53,889 bases of DNA from Verrucomicrobiota bacterium (GTDB lineage Bacteria > Verrucomicrobiota > Verrucomicrobiia > Limisphaerales > Palsa-1400). The stretch is taken from NCBI GenBank assembly GCA_049510745.1, contig JBEKYR010000037.1:1-53889 (forward strand). Reading direction: 5' to 3'. Below are positions 40,271 to 51,023 of this stretch, piece by piece. Made by a program: the position numbers and the translations under genes. Under the pieces are notes generated by a model that did no database searches, was not told the DNA's origin, and saw only the letters and a list, made by a program, of their open reading frames with translations. The stretch's first letter is position 1, and the number at the start of each line of letters is the position of its first letter.

Positions 40271-40798
40271 ATGGCCATCAAAGAAGTCATCCAGACGATC
40301 AACCAGATGCAGGCGGACGGCGTGATTGAGTGCTACGCTATCGGCGGCGCGGTCGGCGCGACTTTTTATCTGGAGCCCGTTGCCACGCTGGACGTGGACA
40401 TTTTTGCGGGTTTCAAATCTGAGCCGGGCAGTTTGATTGTCAGTCCGCAGCCGGTTTTCGATTACCTCAAAGCGCGGGGCGGGACGGTGGAGGGCGAATA
40501 CATCATGATTGGCGGCTGGCCCGTCCGGTTTCTTCCGCCGGGAACTCCGTTGGTGGAAGAGGCGTTGAAGGAATCTGTGACCAAAGAAGTGGACGGAACA
40601 CCGGCGCGTATCTTTACCGCCGAACACCTCGCCGCCATTGCGCTCCAAACCGGGCGCGCCAAGGACAAAGCGCGCCTTCTCCAGTTCGTCGAGGCCGGCG
40701 CGCTCGATGCGGCGCGCTTTCAAGCCATCGTGGCCCGGCACGGACTGCTGGACGCCTGGCGGAGGTTTGAACGACAATTTCTGAGCGACACCGGATGA
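40271..40798 (+). CDS. nucleotidyltransferase-fold protein
   Basis: 'YAIGGAVG......P.AT.DVDI' (GG...DxD signature); 'GRAKD'. Confidence 0.75.
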   Translation: MAIKEVIQTINQMQADGVIECYAIGGAVGATFYLEPVATLDVDIFAGFKSEPGSLIVSPQPVFDYLKARGGTVEGEYIMIGGWPVRFLPPGTPLVEEALKESVTKEVDGTPARIFTAEHLAAIALQTGRAKDKARLLQFVEAGALDAARFQAIVARHGLLDAWRRFERQFLSDTG

Positions 40799-40995
40799 GC
40801 CTGGACCTGCAAAAGATTCTGGAAAGCAAACGGGCCTTGCGACGCAATCTGGCTGCGCGACCGGTGGCGGAGAAGCTGCGGATGCTCGATGCCCTGCGCG
40901 AACGGGAACTGGCGATTCGAGGCGGGGCGGGGCATTGCGGTTCGAGCGCTCCGCGCGAAGAACCAGCGGCTTATGAAACAAAGGCAAAGAACTAA
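40795..40995 (+). CDS. small basic helical protein, putative partner of the nucleotidyltransferase
   Basis: 66 aa; ATGA overlap with the upstream gene. Confidence 0.6.
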   Translation: MSLDLQKILESKRALRRNLAARPVAEKLRMLDALRERELAIRGGAGHCGSSAPREEPAAYETKAKN

Positions 40996-41253
40996 GGAGT
41001 CTTTGAGCCCGGCGGAGAACGCGCGGCCAGTTTTAAATTTCAAAATCCATCGGAGAGGCTATTGACCACGAAACGTGGGGAAAACCCAAACCAATCTGGA
41101 ACTCAGGAACTCAGGAAAAATGAACTTATGGTCACGAAAGGGAAGACACGAAAATGGGGAGTGGCATTGCTGTTGGCTCATCGCCATGGCATTGGATTGC
41201 AAGCGTTTATAAAATATATTGATTTTTGCCGTGAAATCACCGATGTTTAAATC

Positions 41254-41319
41254 ACGTCTGGGTGAGATGCAATGCGCCTCATGCAGGGCCTTAGGGACCT
41301 GCCCTAGACGTTTTTTCTT
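41254..41319 (+). ncRNA. candidate three-way-junction ncRNA upstream of the DUF3800 gene
   Basis: P1 ACGTCTGGG/CCTAGACGT; P2 TGAG.TGC-AAT-GCG.CTCA; P3 GCAGG.CC-TTAG-GG.CCTGC; followed by TTTTTCTT. Confidence 0.65.
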
Positions 41320-41337
41320 GTACGCTCCAAACCGCAT

Positions 41338-42274
41338 ATGTATTTCTGCTATCTTGATGAATCTGGAACCCCTCAGTTGGGGGCACAGACTTCACACTTC
41401 ATCCTGATTGGTCTCGCGATTCCAGCGGTGGCTTGGCACGAGTATGACAAACGGGTCAATGCCATAAAGGCTCGTTATGGTTTGAAGGACATTGAAATTC
41501 ATACTGGATTCATTGCCAGACGTTTCCCGGAGCAGGAGCATATCCCCGACTTCGACAAGTTGGACTCGATTCAAAGACGCGCCGCTGTCAAAACCGAGCG
41601 CGACAAGTCGCTGATCAAGGCCGCCGCCATAAAATCCGTGGACCGGCTCAAAGGGCTAAAAAAGGTTTATGCCAAGACGGCCGATTACGTCCATTTGACT
41701 CACAAGCAAAGGATGCGGTTATTATGCGATCTGGCCGATGAAATTGGCTTGTGGAGCGATGCCAGACTATTCGGCGAAGCCGTGGATAAAACGGCGGTCG
41801 CGCCCGGGACAGATGTATTTGAAAAATCCTTCGAGCAGCTTATATCCCGATTTCACACGTTCCTAAGCAAGCGTGAAACCGAGAGGATCAATCGAGGTGG
41901 CTCCACCTCTTCCAAATCGGTTGAGAACTACGGCCTCTTGATCGAGGACAATAACGAAACCGTTGCCAAGAACATCACCGCCCTGATGAGGCGTTTCCAT
42001 GTCCAGGGAACGCTTTGGGCCAAGGTTGAGAGGATTATCGAGACGCCGCTGTTCGTGGACAGCAGCCTCACGAGCATGGTCCAGATGGCCGATTTGTGCG
42101 CTTATGCCCACTCGAAGATATTTTGAGAACAACGAAACAGACTTATTTGACCGTATCGCCGACCGGTTCGACAAAGCGAACCAAAAGGTCGTTGGCATTC
42201 GCCATTACGTGGGAGGAAAAGAGTGCAAGTGCAAGGTGTGTGCCGCCCACCGAGGTTTGAAGCGAAAGATCTGA
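41338..42274 (+). pseudogene. DUF3800 (RNase H-like) protein with a 1-nt frameshift near 42107-42109
   Basis: 'YLDESG' ... 'ETPLFVDS....VQMADLCAYA'; removing one C continues 'TRRYFENNETDLFDRI...RHYVGGKECKCKVC' to the stop at 42274. Confidence 0.85.
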
Positions 42275-42282
42275 TTGGAGGC

Positions 42283-43137
42283 TCAGACCGGCTGCACGGG
42301 GTTTTCCAAGACGCCAATGCCGGAAATGTTGATCCGCACAAGGTCGCCGGGTTCCAGGGTGAAGGTGTCCGGCGGGACGATGCCGGTGCCGGTCAGCAGC
42401 ATGGCGCCGTGCGGGAAGGTTTGGCTGCGGAAAAGGTAGTCCGCCAGTTCGGCAAACGCGCGTTTGATTTGTCCGACGGACGTTCTGCCGGCAAACACCT
42501 GCGCGCCGGAGCGTTCCACAGCCAGTTCAATGGTCCAGCTCCGCGCCTCCGCTTCGGTCGCGCCGACGCGGATCACCGGGCCAAGCGCACAGGAGCGGTT
42601 GTAGATTTTTGCCTGCGGCAGATAGAGAAGATTCTCGCCCTCGATGTCGCGCGAACTCATGTCGTTCCCAACGGTGAAACCCGCCAGGCGGCCGCGCGAA
42701 TTGAGGACCAAGACCAGTTCCGGCTCGGGGACGTTCCATTTGGCGTCGGCGCGGATGCCGACGGCTTGGCCGGGGCCAGCCACCTTTTCGGGGAGGGATT
42801 TGAAAAACAATTCGGGCCGGGCCGCCGCATAGACCCTGTCGTAAGCGGTGGCGCTGAAATCGGATTCGTCCATGCGCGCTTCTTTGCTGCGCAGATAGGT
42901 GACTCCCGCCGCCCAGACTTCCTGGCGTTCCACCGGGGCGAGCAGGCGCACCTCGTTCAACGCATGGCGCGGAAAATCCCGTCGCGCCAGGGCGGCCAGG
43001 CGCTCGGACAAATCATCTGACTCAAGCAAAGCGAAGAGACCGCCGGCCTCGGCGCTTATATCCTGCACCGAAGCCTTATCCGTGATCAGCCCGGAACAAA
43101 CGTGGCCAGCCAGGTTTTCAAATCGGCAGAGATTCAT
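42283..43137 (-). CDS. fumarylacetoacetate hydrolase family protein, probable 2-keto-3-deoxy-pentonate dehydratase
   Basis: '[14 protein letters not shown]', '[13 protein letters not shown]', 'WNVPEPEL', '[23 protein letters not shown]', 'TGTGIVP'. Confidence 0.85.
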   Translation of the reverse strand: MNLCRFENLAGHVCSGLITDKASVQDISAEAGGLFALLESDDLSERLAALARRDFPRHALNEVRLLAPVERQEVWAAGVTYLRSKEARMDESDFSATAYDRVYAAARPELFFKSLPEKVAGPGQAVGIRADAKWNVPEPELVLVLNSRGRLAGFTVGNDMSSRDIEGENLLYLPQAKIYNRSCALGPVIRVGATEAEARSWTIELAVERSGAQVFAGRTSVGQIKRAFAELADYLFRSQTFPHGAMLLTGTGIVPPDTFTLEPGDLVRINISGIGVLENPVQPV

Positions 43138-43186
43138 GCCGCATAATCCCCTTTGCCAGGCGGAATGGCAATGGTTCAATGAGCGC

Positions 43187-45202
43187 ATGAACGAGACTGC
43201 GATTTTTCCAACATCGGCGGGGATATATGAGATTCGGACCAAGGCGGCCGGCCCGGCGGGCCGCCTGCCCCTGAGCGCGGAGATGCTCCTGCACGAGCCG
43301 AGCGGCAACCTCTTTGGCTTGACCCAAAATGCCGGCATGGGCTGGAACCCCGCCGAACTGGGACGCAAACAGTTTCTCATCCTCAGCACCCAGGGCGGCT
43401 TGCGGGCGCCGGATGGCGCGCCCATCGCGCTGGGCTATCACACCGGCCATTGGGAAATCGGGCTGTTGGTGGAAGCGGCGGCGCGCGAGCTGCGCCGGCT
43501 GCAAACGATTCCCTTTGCCGCGTGTTGCTCGGACCCGTGCGACGGCCGCACGCAGGGAACCGCGGGTATGTTTGACAGTCTCCCGTATCGCAACGACGCG
43601 GCCCAGGTTTTCCGCCGGCTGATCCGCTCGCTGCCGGCGCGGTCGGGCGTGGTGGGGGTGGCGACGTGCGACAAGGGTTTGCCGGCGATGATGATGGCCC
43701 TGGCCGGGATGCGCGATCTGCCGTGCGTGCTGGCGCCGGGCGGGGTGACGCTGCCGCCGGCGCAAGGCGAGGACGCCGGCGCCGCGCAAACGCTGGGGAC
43801 CCGCTTTGCGCGCGGGGCGATTTCGCTGGAAGAGGCCGCGGAGCTGGGCTGCCGGGCCTGCGGGACGCCGGGGGGCGGCTGCCAGTTTTTGGGCACGGCC
43901 GCCACCGCGCAAGTCGTGGCGGAGGCGCTGGGGCTGGCCCTGCCGCACACGGCCCTGGCTCCGTCCGGGCAACCGGTGTGGCTGGAAATCGGCGTCCGTT
44001 CCGCCCGGGCCGTGGTGGAGTTGGAAGGAAAGGGTCTGAAAACGCGGGACATCCTGACCGACGCCAGCATCCGCAACGCCATGGTCGTCCACGCCGCGTT
44101 TGGCGGTTCGACCAATTTAGTCCTGCACATTCCCGCCATCGCCCACGCGGCGGGGTTGCGCCGGCCCACCGTGGAGGATTGGATCGGCATCAATCAGCGG
44201 ACGCCGCGGCTGGTCAGCGTGCTGCCCAACGGGCCGGCGCCTCATCCGACCGTGCGGGTCTTCCTGGCGGGCGGCGTGCCGGAAGTGATGCTGCATCTGC
44301 GCGAGTTGGGATTGCTGGACACCAGCGTGTTGACCGTCGCCGGCCAGACTCTCGGCGAAACGCTCGATGCCTGGGCCGCCTCCGAACGCCGGCAACGCTT
44401 CCGCGCCCTCTTGCGCGATTTGGACGGCGTCGAGGCCAGCGACGTGATCCTGCCGCCGGCCAAAGCGCGCGAGCGGGGCTTGACTGGAACGATGGCGTTT
44501 CCGCGGGGCAATCTGGCGCCGGAGGGAGCCATCATCAAAAGCGCGGCCATCGACGCTTCCGTGGTGGGAGCGGACGGCGTCTATCGGATGGAAGGGCCGG
44601 CGCGGGTGTTCACCAGCGAAAAGGCGGCCATTGCCGCGATCAAGCAGCAACAAATCCGTCCCGGCGACGTGCTGGTCCTGGCGGGCATCGGTCCGATGGG
44701 AACGGGAATGGAGGAAACTTACCAGGTCACCTCCGCGTTGAAAGAGCTTCCGTTCGGCCAACACGTGGCGGTCGTCACCGACGCGCGTTTTTCGGGCGTT
44801 TCCACCGGGGCGTGCATCGGTCACGTCGGCCCGGAAGCGCTGGCCGGCGGGCCGCTGGGCAAAGTGCGCGATGGGGACATCATTCGCATCGTCGTGGATC
44901 GAAACCGGCTGGAGGGCAGCGTGGACATGATCGGCGAGGGAACACGGCGCCTTACGGCTGAGGAAGGGGCGAAGGTGTTGGCCGCGCGCGCTTCGCATCC
45001 CGGGCTGGCGCCGGACCCGAAGCTGCCGGATGACACCCGGCTTTGGGCCGCCCTGCAACGGGTCAGCGGCGGGACCTTGGGCGGGTGTGTGTTTGACGTT
45101 GAGGAAATCCTGGCCGTGCTCGAGGCGGGAACGCGCGCCAGGGAATCGGGAGTTTCCGGGGCGCATCCCGGTTTTGGCAACCCAATTGTCAATGAGAAAT
45201 GA
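43187..45202 (+). CDS. YjhG/YagF-family D-xylonate dehydratase (IlvD/Edd)
   Basis: '[16 protein letters not shown]', '[10 protein letters not shown]', '[11 protein letters not shown]', 'TCDKGLP', 'GGCQFLGTA', '[11 protein letters not shown]'. Confidence 0.9.
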   Translation: MNETAIFPTSAGIYEIRTKAAGPAGRLPLSAEMLLHEPSGNLFGLTQNAGMGWNPAELGRKQFLILSTQGGLRAPDGAPIALGYHTGHWEIGLLVEAAARELRRLQTIPFAACCSDPCDGRTQGTAGMFDSLPYRNDAAQVFRRLIRSLPARSGVVGVATCDKGLPAMMMALAGMRDLPCVLAPGGVTLPPAQGEDAGAAQTLGTRFARGAISLEEAAELGCRACGTPGGGCQFLGTAATAQVVAEALGLALPHTALAPSGQPVWLEIGVRSARAVVELEGKGLKTRDILTDASIRNAMVVHAAFGGSTNLVLHIPAIAHAAGLRRPTVEDWIGINQRTPRLVSVLPNGPAPHPTVRVFLAGGVPEVMLHLRELGLLDTSVLTVAGQTLGETLDAWAASERRQRFRALLRDLDGVEASDVILPPAKARERGLTGTMAFPRGNLAPEGAIIKSAAIDASVVGADGVYRMEGPARVFTSEKAAIAAIKQQQIRPGDVLVLAGIGPMGTGMEETYQVTSALKELPFGQHVAVVTDARFSGVSTGACIGHVGPEALAGGPLGKVRDGDIIRIVVDRNRLEGSVDMIGEGTRRLTAEEGAKVLAARASHPGLAPDPKLPDDTRLWAALQRVSGGTLGGCVFDVEEILAVLEAGTRARESGVSGAHPGFGNPIVNEK

Positions 45203-45211
45203 TGGCCGGCC
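45159..45211. repeat. partial (left end) third copy of the MITE-like repeat
   Basis: GGGCGCATCCCGGTTTTGGCAACCCAATTGTCAATGAGAAATGATGGCCGGCC aligns with 5545-5598 and 8888-8940. Confidence 0.7.
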
Positions 45212-45385
45212 CTTTGCTGTGGGACGCGGGCGGCTTGCTGCAAATGATTTGATTTGAGTTGTTTCACAGCCACAATCTGGTTGACAGGGTTGTCTTCCGC
45301 CATAAAAATGGCGGCTGATTCCGCATGGATTGCATTGGCGGGGGGATTCGGTATGATGGGCGTTGGCGGCCCCGGTGGCCGGTTT

Positions 45386-46336
45386 ATGGTTCACTTTTTC
45401 GAACACGTCGTCAGAGAGGCGCGGCAAAACCCGCGCTTTGCCCTCGGCATTATTTCCCATGTCAAAGGTTCCAGCCCCCAAAAACAAGGGGCCAAGGCGC
45501 TCTTTTTTCCCGATGACCGCATGGTTGGCACCCTGGGCGGCGGTTGTCTGGAGGCGGAAATCCGCCGCCGCGCCCGCCAGGCGCTGGTTTCCGGGAAGCC
45601 CGAAACTTTCGATTTGACGCTGGACCATGATTTCGGCTGGGACGACGGCTTGATATGCGGGGGCACGGTGTTTGGCCTGATTCTGCCCCAGGCGGCCGGG
45701 GCCGCCGACATTTGGGCCGCCCTCGCCCGGCGCGACCAAACCCGCTCCTGGGGCGTGCGCCGGGATTTTTCCATCGCGTGGGCGGAGGAGAACAACCCGG
45801 AGGGCTGGCTGTATCGCGAAACGGTCGCGCCGCCGCTGGCGCTGTGGATCGCCGGTTCCGGGCACATCGCCCAGGCGGTCGCGCCGCTGGCGCTGGAGCT
45901 GGACTTTGAGGTGACGGTGTTTGACGACCGGCCCGAATTGGCCAACACGGACCATTTCCCGGCGGGGGTGCATCTGCGGGTGGGCAATTGGGGCGATCTG
46001 CTGGAGACGCCGCTGCCGGCGCGGCCGGTTCTGGGATTGATTGTCACGCGGGGCCATCAGCACGATGCGAATGTCCTGGCGGAGTGGATTCACAAACCGT
46101 TTCTTTTTTTGGGGATGATTGGCAGCCGCCGCAAGTCACGCATAATTCGTGAAGGGTTTCTCCGGCGCAAGATCGCCACCGCCGAGGAGATCGCGCGCGT
46201 GGCCAGTCCGGTCGGCCTGGAGATTGGCGCGGTCAGCGTGCCGGAAATCGCGGTGAGCATCCTGGCGCAGTACGTGCAGAAGCGGGCGGAGCACGAAGCG
46301 AGCGTTGCCAAACCGGCCACCGCGCCCGCCGCGTAG
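45386..46336 (+). CDS. xdhC: XdhC/CoxI family molybdoenzyme maturation factor
   Basis: 'GSSPQK.GAK', 'GTLGGGCLE', 'GLICGG', 'GSGHIA', 'DDR', 'TRGH..D', 'GMIGSRRK', 'PVGLEIGA...PEIAVSILA'. Confidence 0.9.
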   Translation: MVHFFEHVVREARQNPRFALGIISHVKGSSPQKQGAKALFFPDDRMVGTLGGGCLEAEIRRRARQALVSGKPETFDLTLDHDFGWDDGLICGGTVFGLILPQAAGAADIWAALARRDQTRSWGVRRDFSIAWAEENNPEGWLYRETVAPPLALWIAGSGHIAQAVAPLALELDFEVTVFDDRPELANTDHFPAGVHLRVGNWGDLLETPLPARPVLGLIVTRGHQHDANVLAEWIHKPFLFLGMIGSRRKSRIIREGFLRRKIATAEEIARVASPVGLEIGAVSVPEIAVSILAQYVQKRAEHEASVAKPATAPAA

Positions 46337-46369
46337 TTGCGCTGACCACCTCGTAAATTGCAAATCGAA

Positions 46370-48304
46370 ATGTTTTATTCCGAAGCCATTCAGTTCCTTT
46401 ACGATTTGCGGCTGTTCGGGATGAAGCTGGGTTTGGAGAATACGCAACGCTTGGCCGCCGCGGCCGGCAATCCCCACCAGCGGCTCCGCTTCATCCACGT
46501 CGCCGGCACCAACGGCAAAGGCTCGACCTGCGCGATGTTGGAGAGCATCTATCGCGCCGCCGGGTTGCGGGTGGGATTGTTCACGTCGCCGCATCTGGTG
46601 TCCTTTACCGAGCGCATCCAGGTGAACCGCCGCCGCATCAGCCAGGAGGACGTTGCGCAAGGGGTCGAACAGATTCAGGAGTGGATCAAGTCCCTCGGCG
46701 CGGAGGCGCATCCGACTTTTTTCGAGGCGGTCACGATCCTGGCGTTGCAGTATTTCGAGCGGGAGAAATGCGATCTGGTGGTGTGGGAAACCGGCCTGGG
46801 GGGGCGGTTGGACGCCACGAACATCGTCACGCCGCTGGCCAGCGTCATCACCAATGTGCAATTGGACCACCAGCAATGGCTGGGGAACACGCTGGCCGAA
46901 ATCGCGCGCGAAAAAGCGGGCATCATCAAACCCGGCGTCCCGGTCCTTACGGCCACGGATGATGCGGCAGCGCTGTCAGTCATTTTCGCGATGGCCCGAA
47001 GCCGGCAGGCGCCGCTGACGGTTGTGGGCAACGCGGAGATCGAGGCGGCGGGCGGATTCGAGCTGGCCCTGGCCGGGGAGCATCAGAAGACCAACGCCGC
47101 GCTGGCGCTGGCGGTGGCGCGCGTTTTGGCGCCGGCGCTGGCGGTGGGGGAAGCGGCGCTGCGGGCGGGGCTGAAAACAACCGATTGGCCGGGGCGCCTG
47201 CAAACGGTGGAGCGCGCCGGCGGAGAGATCGTTTTGCTTGACGGAGCGCACAATCCCGCCGGGGCGAAAACGCTGGCGGCGGCGCTCGCCACCCGCTTCG
47301 GCGGCCGTCGGCCCGCGCTGATTCTGGGAACGATGCGGGACAAGGATTGCGCTGGGATATGTGAAATCCTGGCGCCCTTGGCGGGAAAAATCTATGTGAC
47401 GCACGTCGAGAGCGAACGCGCGGCCGATTCGGAATTGCTGGCCGGGCTGTGCCGCCAGGCCAACGCGGCGGCTCCCGCCGTGGTCTGCGGGAGCGTGGGC
47501 GAGGCGCTGGCGTACACACAGGCCGAACCGTTCGTCGTCGTCACCGGTTCGATTCATTTTGTGGGCGAGGCAATGGTGTCGCTGGATCTGGCCCCGCCCT
47601 CATCGGAGCGTGGTTTGAATGATTACGGCGCCACCTTCGGGCGGCAGCCGTTGCCTGCTTCGATCCGGGCGGTGACGTTCGACGTGGGCGGGACGCTGAT
47701 CGAGCCGTGGCCGTCGGTGGGCCACGTCTATGCCGAAGTGGCGGCCCGGCACGGAGTCCGCGCCGCGGCGGAAGACCTCGACCGCGAATTCGCCGCCGCC
47801 TGGCGGGCGAAAAAGGATTTTGACTACAGCAGGGCCGGCTGGCGGGAGTTGGTGAACGAGACTTTCGCGAAGGCGACGGCCGCGCCGCCCAGCGCCGATT
47901 TGTTTGCCGAGCTTTACAGCCACTTTGGCACGGCCGCGCCGTGGCGGGTGTTTGACGACGTGGCGCCGTGCCTGCGCGGGCTGAAAGCGCGGGGCTTCAA
48001 GCTGGGGATCATTTCCAATTGGGACGACCGCCTGCGGCCGCTCCTGCGCGCGCTGCAATTGGACGGATATTTTGACAGCATCGTCGTTTCCAGCGAAGTG
48101 GGACGGCGCAAGCCGGACCGGGAGATATTCCGCGCGGCGGCCAGGCAACTGGGGACGGCGGCCGGGGCCGTGCTGCACGTCGGGGACAGTCAAGAGGAGG
48201 ATTATGCCGGGGCGCGGTGGGCGGGGATGCAGACGGTGTGGCTGCACCGGGCGGGGCAGGGGAGGGCGCCGGAGGTTTCCTCGCTCGATTTTCTGATAAG
48301 ATAG
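46370..48304 (+). CDS. folC: folylpolyglutamate synthase/dihydrofolate synthase fused to a HAD-IA hydrolase
   Basis: 'HVAGTNGKGS', 'FTSPHL', 'ETGLGGRLDATN', 'WPGR', 'LDGAHNP'; then 'FDVGGTL', 'ISNWD', 'KPD..IF', 'HVGDS..ED..GA' in the same ORF. Confidence 0.9.
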   Translation: MFYSEAIQFLYDLRLFGMKLGLENTQRLAAAAGNPHQRLRFIHVAGTNGKGSTCAMLESIYRAAGLRVGLFTSPHLVSFTERIQVNRRRISQEDVAQGVEQIQEWIKSLGAEAHPTFFEAVTILALQYFEREKCDLVVWETGLGGRLDATNIVTPLASVITNVQLDHQQWLGNTLAEIAREKAGIIKPGVPVLTATDDAAALSVIFAMARSRQAPLTVVGNAEIEAAGGFELALAGEHQKTNAALALAVARVLAPALAVGEAALRAGLKTTDWPGRLQTVERAGGEIVLLDGAHNPAGAKTLAAALATRFGGRRPALILGTMRDKDCAGICEILAPLAGKIYVTHVESERAADSELLAGLCRQANAAAPAVVCGSVGEALAYTQAEPFVVVTGSIHFVGEAMVSLDLAPPSSERGLNDYGATFGRQPLPASIRAVTFDVGGTLIEPWPSVGHVYAEVAARHGVRAAAEDLDREFAAAWRAKKDFDYSRAGWRELVNETFAKATAAPPSADLFAELYSHFGTAAPWRVFDDVAPCLRGLKARGFKLGIISNWDDRLRPLLRALQLDGYFDSIVVSSEVGRRKPDREIFRAAARQLGTAAGAVLHVGDSQEEDYAGARWAGMQTVWLHRAGQGRAPEVSSLDFLIR

Positions 48305-48410
48305 CCGCAGAGTTCTGAAAGTCCGGCTTATACCTGTTTTCTTCTATTGACCTTGAGGGCGTCTCATCATTAGATGTTCTGAATTAGATGAAAATAAGGT
48401 CGGGCATTTG

Positions 48411-49106
48411 ATGAGACACTTTCTGCGCAACTTGTTCTGCTTTTCGGTCGGCAAGAAATATCTGATGGCCGGCACCGGGGCGGTGATGGTGCTGTTTGTC
48501 ATCGGCCACATGGCCGGCAACCTGCAGTTTTTCCTTGGGCCGGAGGCGATCAACCGCTACGGCCATTTTCTCCAGTCCAACGTCGAGGTTCTCTGGCCGG
48601 TGCGCCTGGCGCTTTTGGCCGTCATCGCCCTTCATATCTGGTCGGCCACCAGTTTGACGCTGGAAAATCGGGCCGCCCGCCCGGCCGCTTATGAGCAATG
48701 GCAGCCCACCGCCGCCAGTTACGCCTCGCGCACGATGATGATGAGCGGCATCATCGTCGCCGTCTTCATCGTCTATCACCTGCTGCACTACACCGTGATG
48801 GTCCAGGCCGTCAATTTTGCCGGGAGGGATTTCCACACCCTCACCGACTCCGAGCACCGGCACGATATTTACCGGATGATGGTGATTGGCTTTCAGCAAC
48901 CGGCGGTTTCGCTTTTTTATATCATCGGCGTCTTCCTCTTGTGCCTGCATCTGAGCCACGGGATGAGCGCGATGTTCCAATCTTTGGGGTGGAAGAATCA
49001 AGGTTACGGACCGTGTCTGGATCGGGCCGCCAAATGGGCCGCGGCGCTGATCTTCCTGGGATACGTCTCGATCCCCATTTCGATTTTGCTGAGGTGGGTA
49101 CAATGA
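48411..49106 (+). CDS. sdhC: succinate dehydrogenase/fumarate reductase cytochrome b subunit
   Basis: '[11 protein letters not shown]', 'HMAGNL', 'LHI', 'HLLHY', 'HLSHG..AMFQSLG'. Confidence 0.92.
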   Translation: MRHFLRNLFCFSVGKKYLMAGTGAVMVLFVIGHMAGNLQFFLGPEAINRYGHFLQSNVEVLWPVRLALLAVIALHIWSATSLTLENRAARPAAYEQWQPTAASYASRTMMMSGIIVAVFIVYHLLHYTVMVQAVNFAGRDFHTLTDSEHRHDIYRMMVIGFQQPAVSLFYIIGVFLLCLHLSHGMSAMFQSLGWKNQGYGPCLDRAAKWAAALIFLGYVSIPISILLRWVQ

Positions 49107-51016
49107 AACTGGATGCCAAAATCCCGGCCGGAGCGCTGGCCCAGAAATGGGACCGGCACAGATTTGAATTGAAACTGGTCAATCCGGCCAACAAGCGCAA
49201 ATTTGACATAATCGTCGTCGGCACCGGCCTGGCCGGGGCCTCAGCCGCCGCCTCGCTGGCCGAGTTGGGCTACAACGTCAAGGCCTTCTGCTACCAGGAC
49301 AGCCCGCGGCGCGCCCACAGCATCGCGGCGCAGGGGGGCATCAACGCGGCCAAGAATTACCAGAACGACGGCGACAGCATTTACCGGCTGTTCTACGACA
49401 CGATCAAGGGGGGGGATTTTCGGGCGCGCGAGGCCAATGTCTATCGGCTGGCGCAGGTGAGTGTTAATATAATTGACCAGTGCGTGGCGCAGGGGGTGCC
49501 CTTCGCCCGCGAGTACGGCGGGCTGCTGGCCAACCGCTCCTTTGGCGGCGCGCAGGTGTCGCGCACGTTCTACGCGCGGGGCCAGACGGGGCAGCAATTG
49601 CTGCTGGGGGCCTACCAGGCGTTGTGCCGGCAAATCGGGCTGGGAACAGTGAAGATGTTTCCGCGCGCGGAAATGCTCGACCTGGTGCTGGTCAACGGCC
49701 ACGCCAAGGGGATCGTGACGCGCAGCCTGGTGACGGGGGAAATCTCGGCTCATGCGGCGGACGCGGTGGTGCTGGCGACCGGCGGCTACAGCAACGCGTT
49801 TTATCTTTCGACCAACGCCAAGGGGTGCAACGCCAGCGCCATCTGGCGGGCCTTCAAACGGGGCGCGGCCTTTGCCAACCCGTGTTACACGCAGATTCAT
49901 CCCACGTGCATCCCGGTGAGCGGCGAGCATCAATCCAAACTCACGCTCATGTCCGAATCCTTGCGCAACGACGGCCGGGTCTGGGTGCCGAAGAAGAAGG
50001 GCGACCAACGGCCGCCGGGCGGGATTCCCGAGGAGGAACGCGACTATTACCTGGAACGGAAGTACCCCAGCTTCGGCAACCTGGCGCCGCGGGACATTTC
50101 GTCGCGCGCGGCCAAGGAAGTGTGCGACGAAGGTCGCGGGGTGGGGCCGGGCGGGCGGGGCGTCTATCTGGACTTTGCCGACGCCCTCCGGAGGATCGGG
50201 GAAGGGGCGGTGCGGGAGCGGTACGGGAATCTATTTGACATGTACGAAAAGATCACCGGGGAAAACGCCTATGAGCGGCCGATGCGCATTTACCCGGCGA
50301 TGCATTACGCCATGGGCGGGCTGTGGGTGGATTACAATTTGATGTCCACGGTGCCGGGGTTGTTCGTCCTGGGCGAGGCGAACTTCTCCGATCACGGCGC
50401 CAACCGGCTCGGGGCCAGCGCCCTGATGCAGGGGCTGGCCGACGGCTATTTTGTCTTGCCCTACACCATCGGCCATTATTTCGCCTCGGAGAAGCAGCCC
50501 AAAGCGCGCCCCGACCAGCCGGAATTCAAGAACATCATCGCCGAAGTGGAGGCGTTGACGCGGAAATTGCTGGCGGTCAACGGCCGGCGCACGGTCAATT
50601 CGTTCCACAAGGAGCTGGGCGGACGGCTGTGGGAGAAATGCGGCATGGCGCGCAACGAAAAAGGATTGAAGGAATTGCTCCAACAAATCCCGGCGCTGCG
50701 GGAGGAATTCTGGAAGAACGTCAAAGTGACCGGCCAGAACGAGGAGTTCAACCAGAACCTCGAACACGCCGGGCGCGTCGCCGATTTCCTCGAATTCGCC
50801 GAATTGCTCGCGCTGGACGCGCTGGAACGGCGCGAATCGTGCGGGGGCCATTTCCGCACCGAATTCCAGACCGAGGACGGGGAAGCCAAACGGGACGACG
50901 AGCATTTTGCCTACGTGGCCGCCTGGGAATACGCCGGGCCGGGCCGGATGCCGGTATTGAACAAGGAACCGCTGGCCTACGAGGAAGTTCACATGAGCAC
51001 GCGGAGCTACAAATGA
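49103..51016 (+). CDS. sdhA: succinate dehydrogenase flavoprotein subunit
   Basis: 'VGTGLAG', '[14 protein letters not shown]', 'QIHPT', 'HYAMGG', 'HGANRLG', 'ESCGGHFR'. Confidence 0.97.
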   Translation: MKLDAKIPAGALAQKWDRHRFELKLVNPANKRKFDIIVVGTGLAGASAAASLAELGYNVKAFCYQDSPRRAHSIAAQGGINAAKNYQNDGDSIYRLFYDTIKGGDFRAREANVYRLAQVSVNIIDQCVAQGVPFAREYGGLLANRSFGGAQVSRTFYARGQTGQQLLLGAYQALCRQIGLGTVKMFPRAEMLDLVLVNGHAKGIVTRSLVTGEISAHAADAVVLATGGYSNAFYLSTNAKGCNASAIWRAFKRGAAFANPCYTQIHPTCIPVSGEHQSKLTLMSESLRNDGRVWVPKKKGDQRPPGGIPEEERDYYLERKYPSFGNLAPRDISSRAAKEVCDEGRGVGPGGRGVYLDFADALRRIGEGAVRERYGNLFDMYEKITGENAYERPMRIYPAMHYAMGGLWVDYNLMSTVPGLFVLGEANFSDHGANRLGASALMQGLADGYFVLPYTIGHYFASEKQPKARPDQPEFKNIIAEVEALTRKLLAVNGRRTVNSFHKELGGRLWEKCGMARNEKGLKELLQQIPALREEFWKNVKVTGQNEEFNQNLEHAGRVADFLEFAELLALDALERRESCGGHFRTEFQTEDGEAKRDDEHFAYVAAWEYAGPGRMPVLNKEPLAYEEVHMSTRSYK

Positions 51017-51023
51017 GTTTGAC

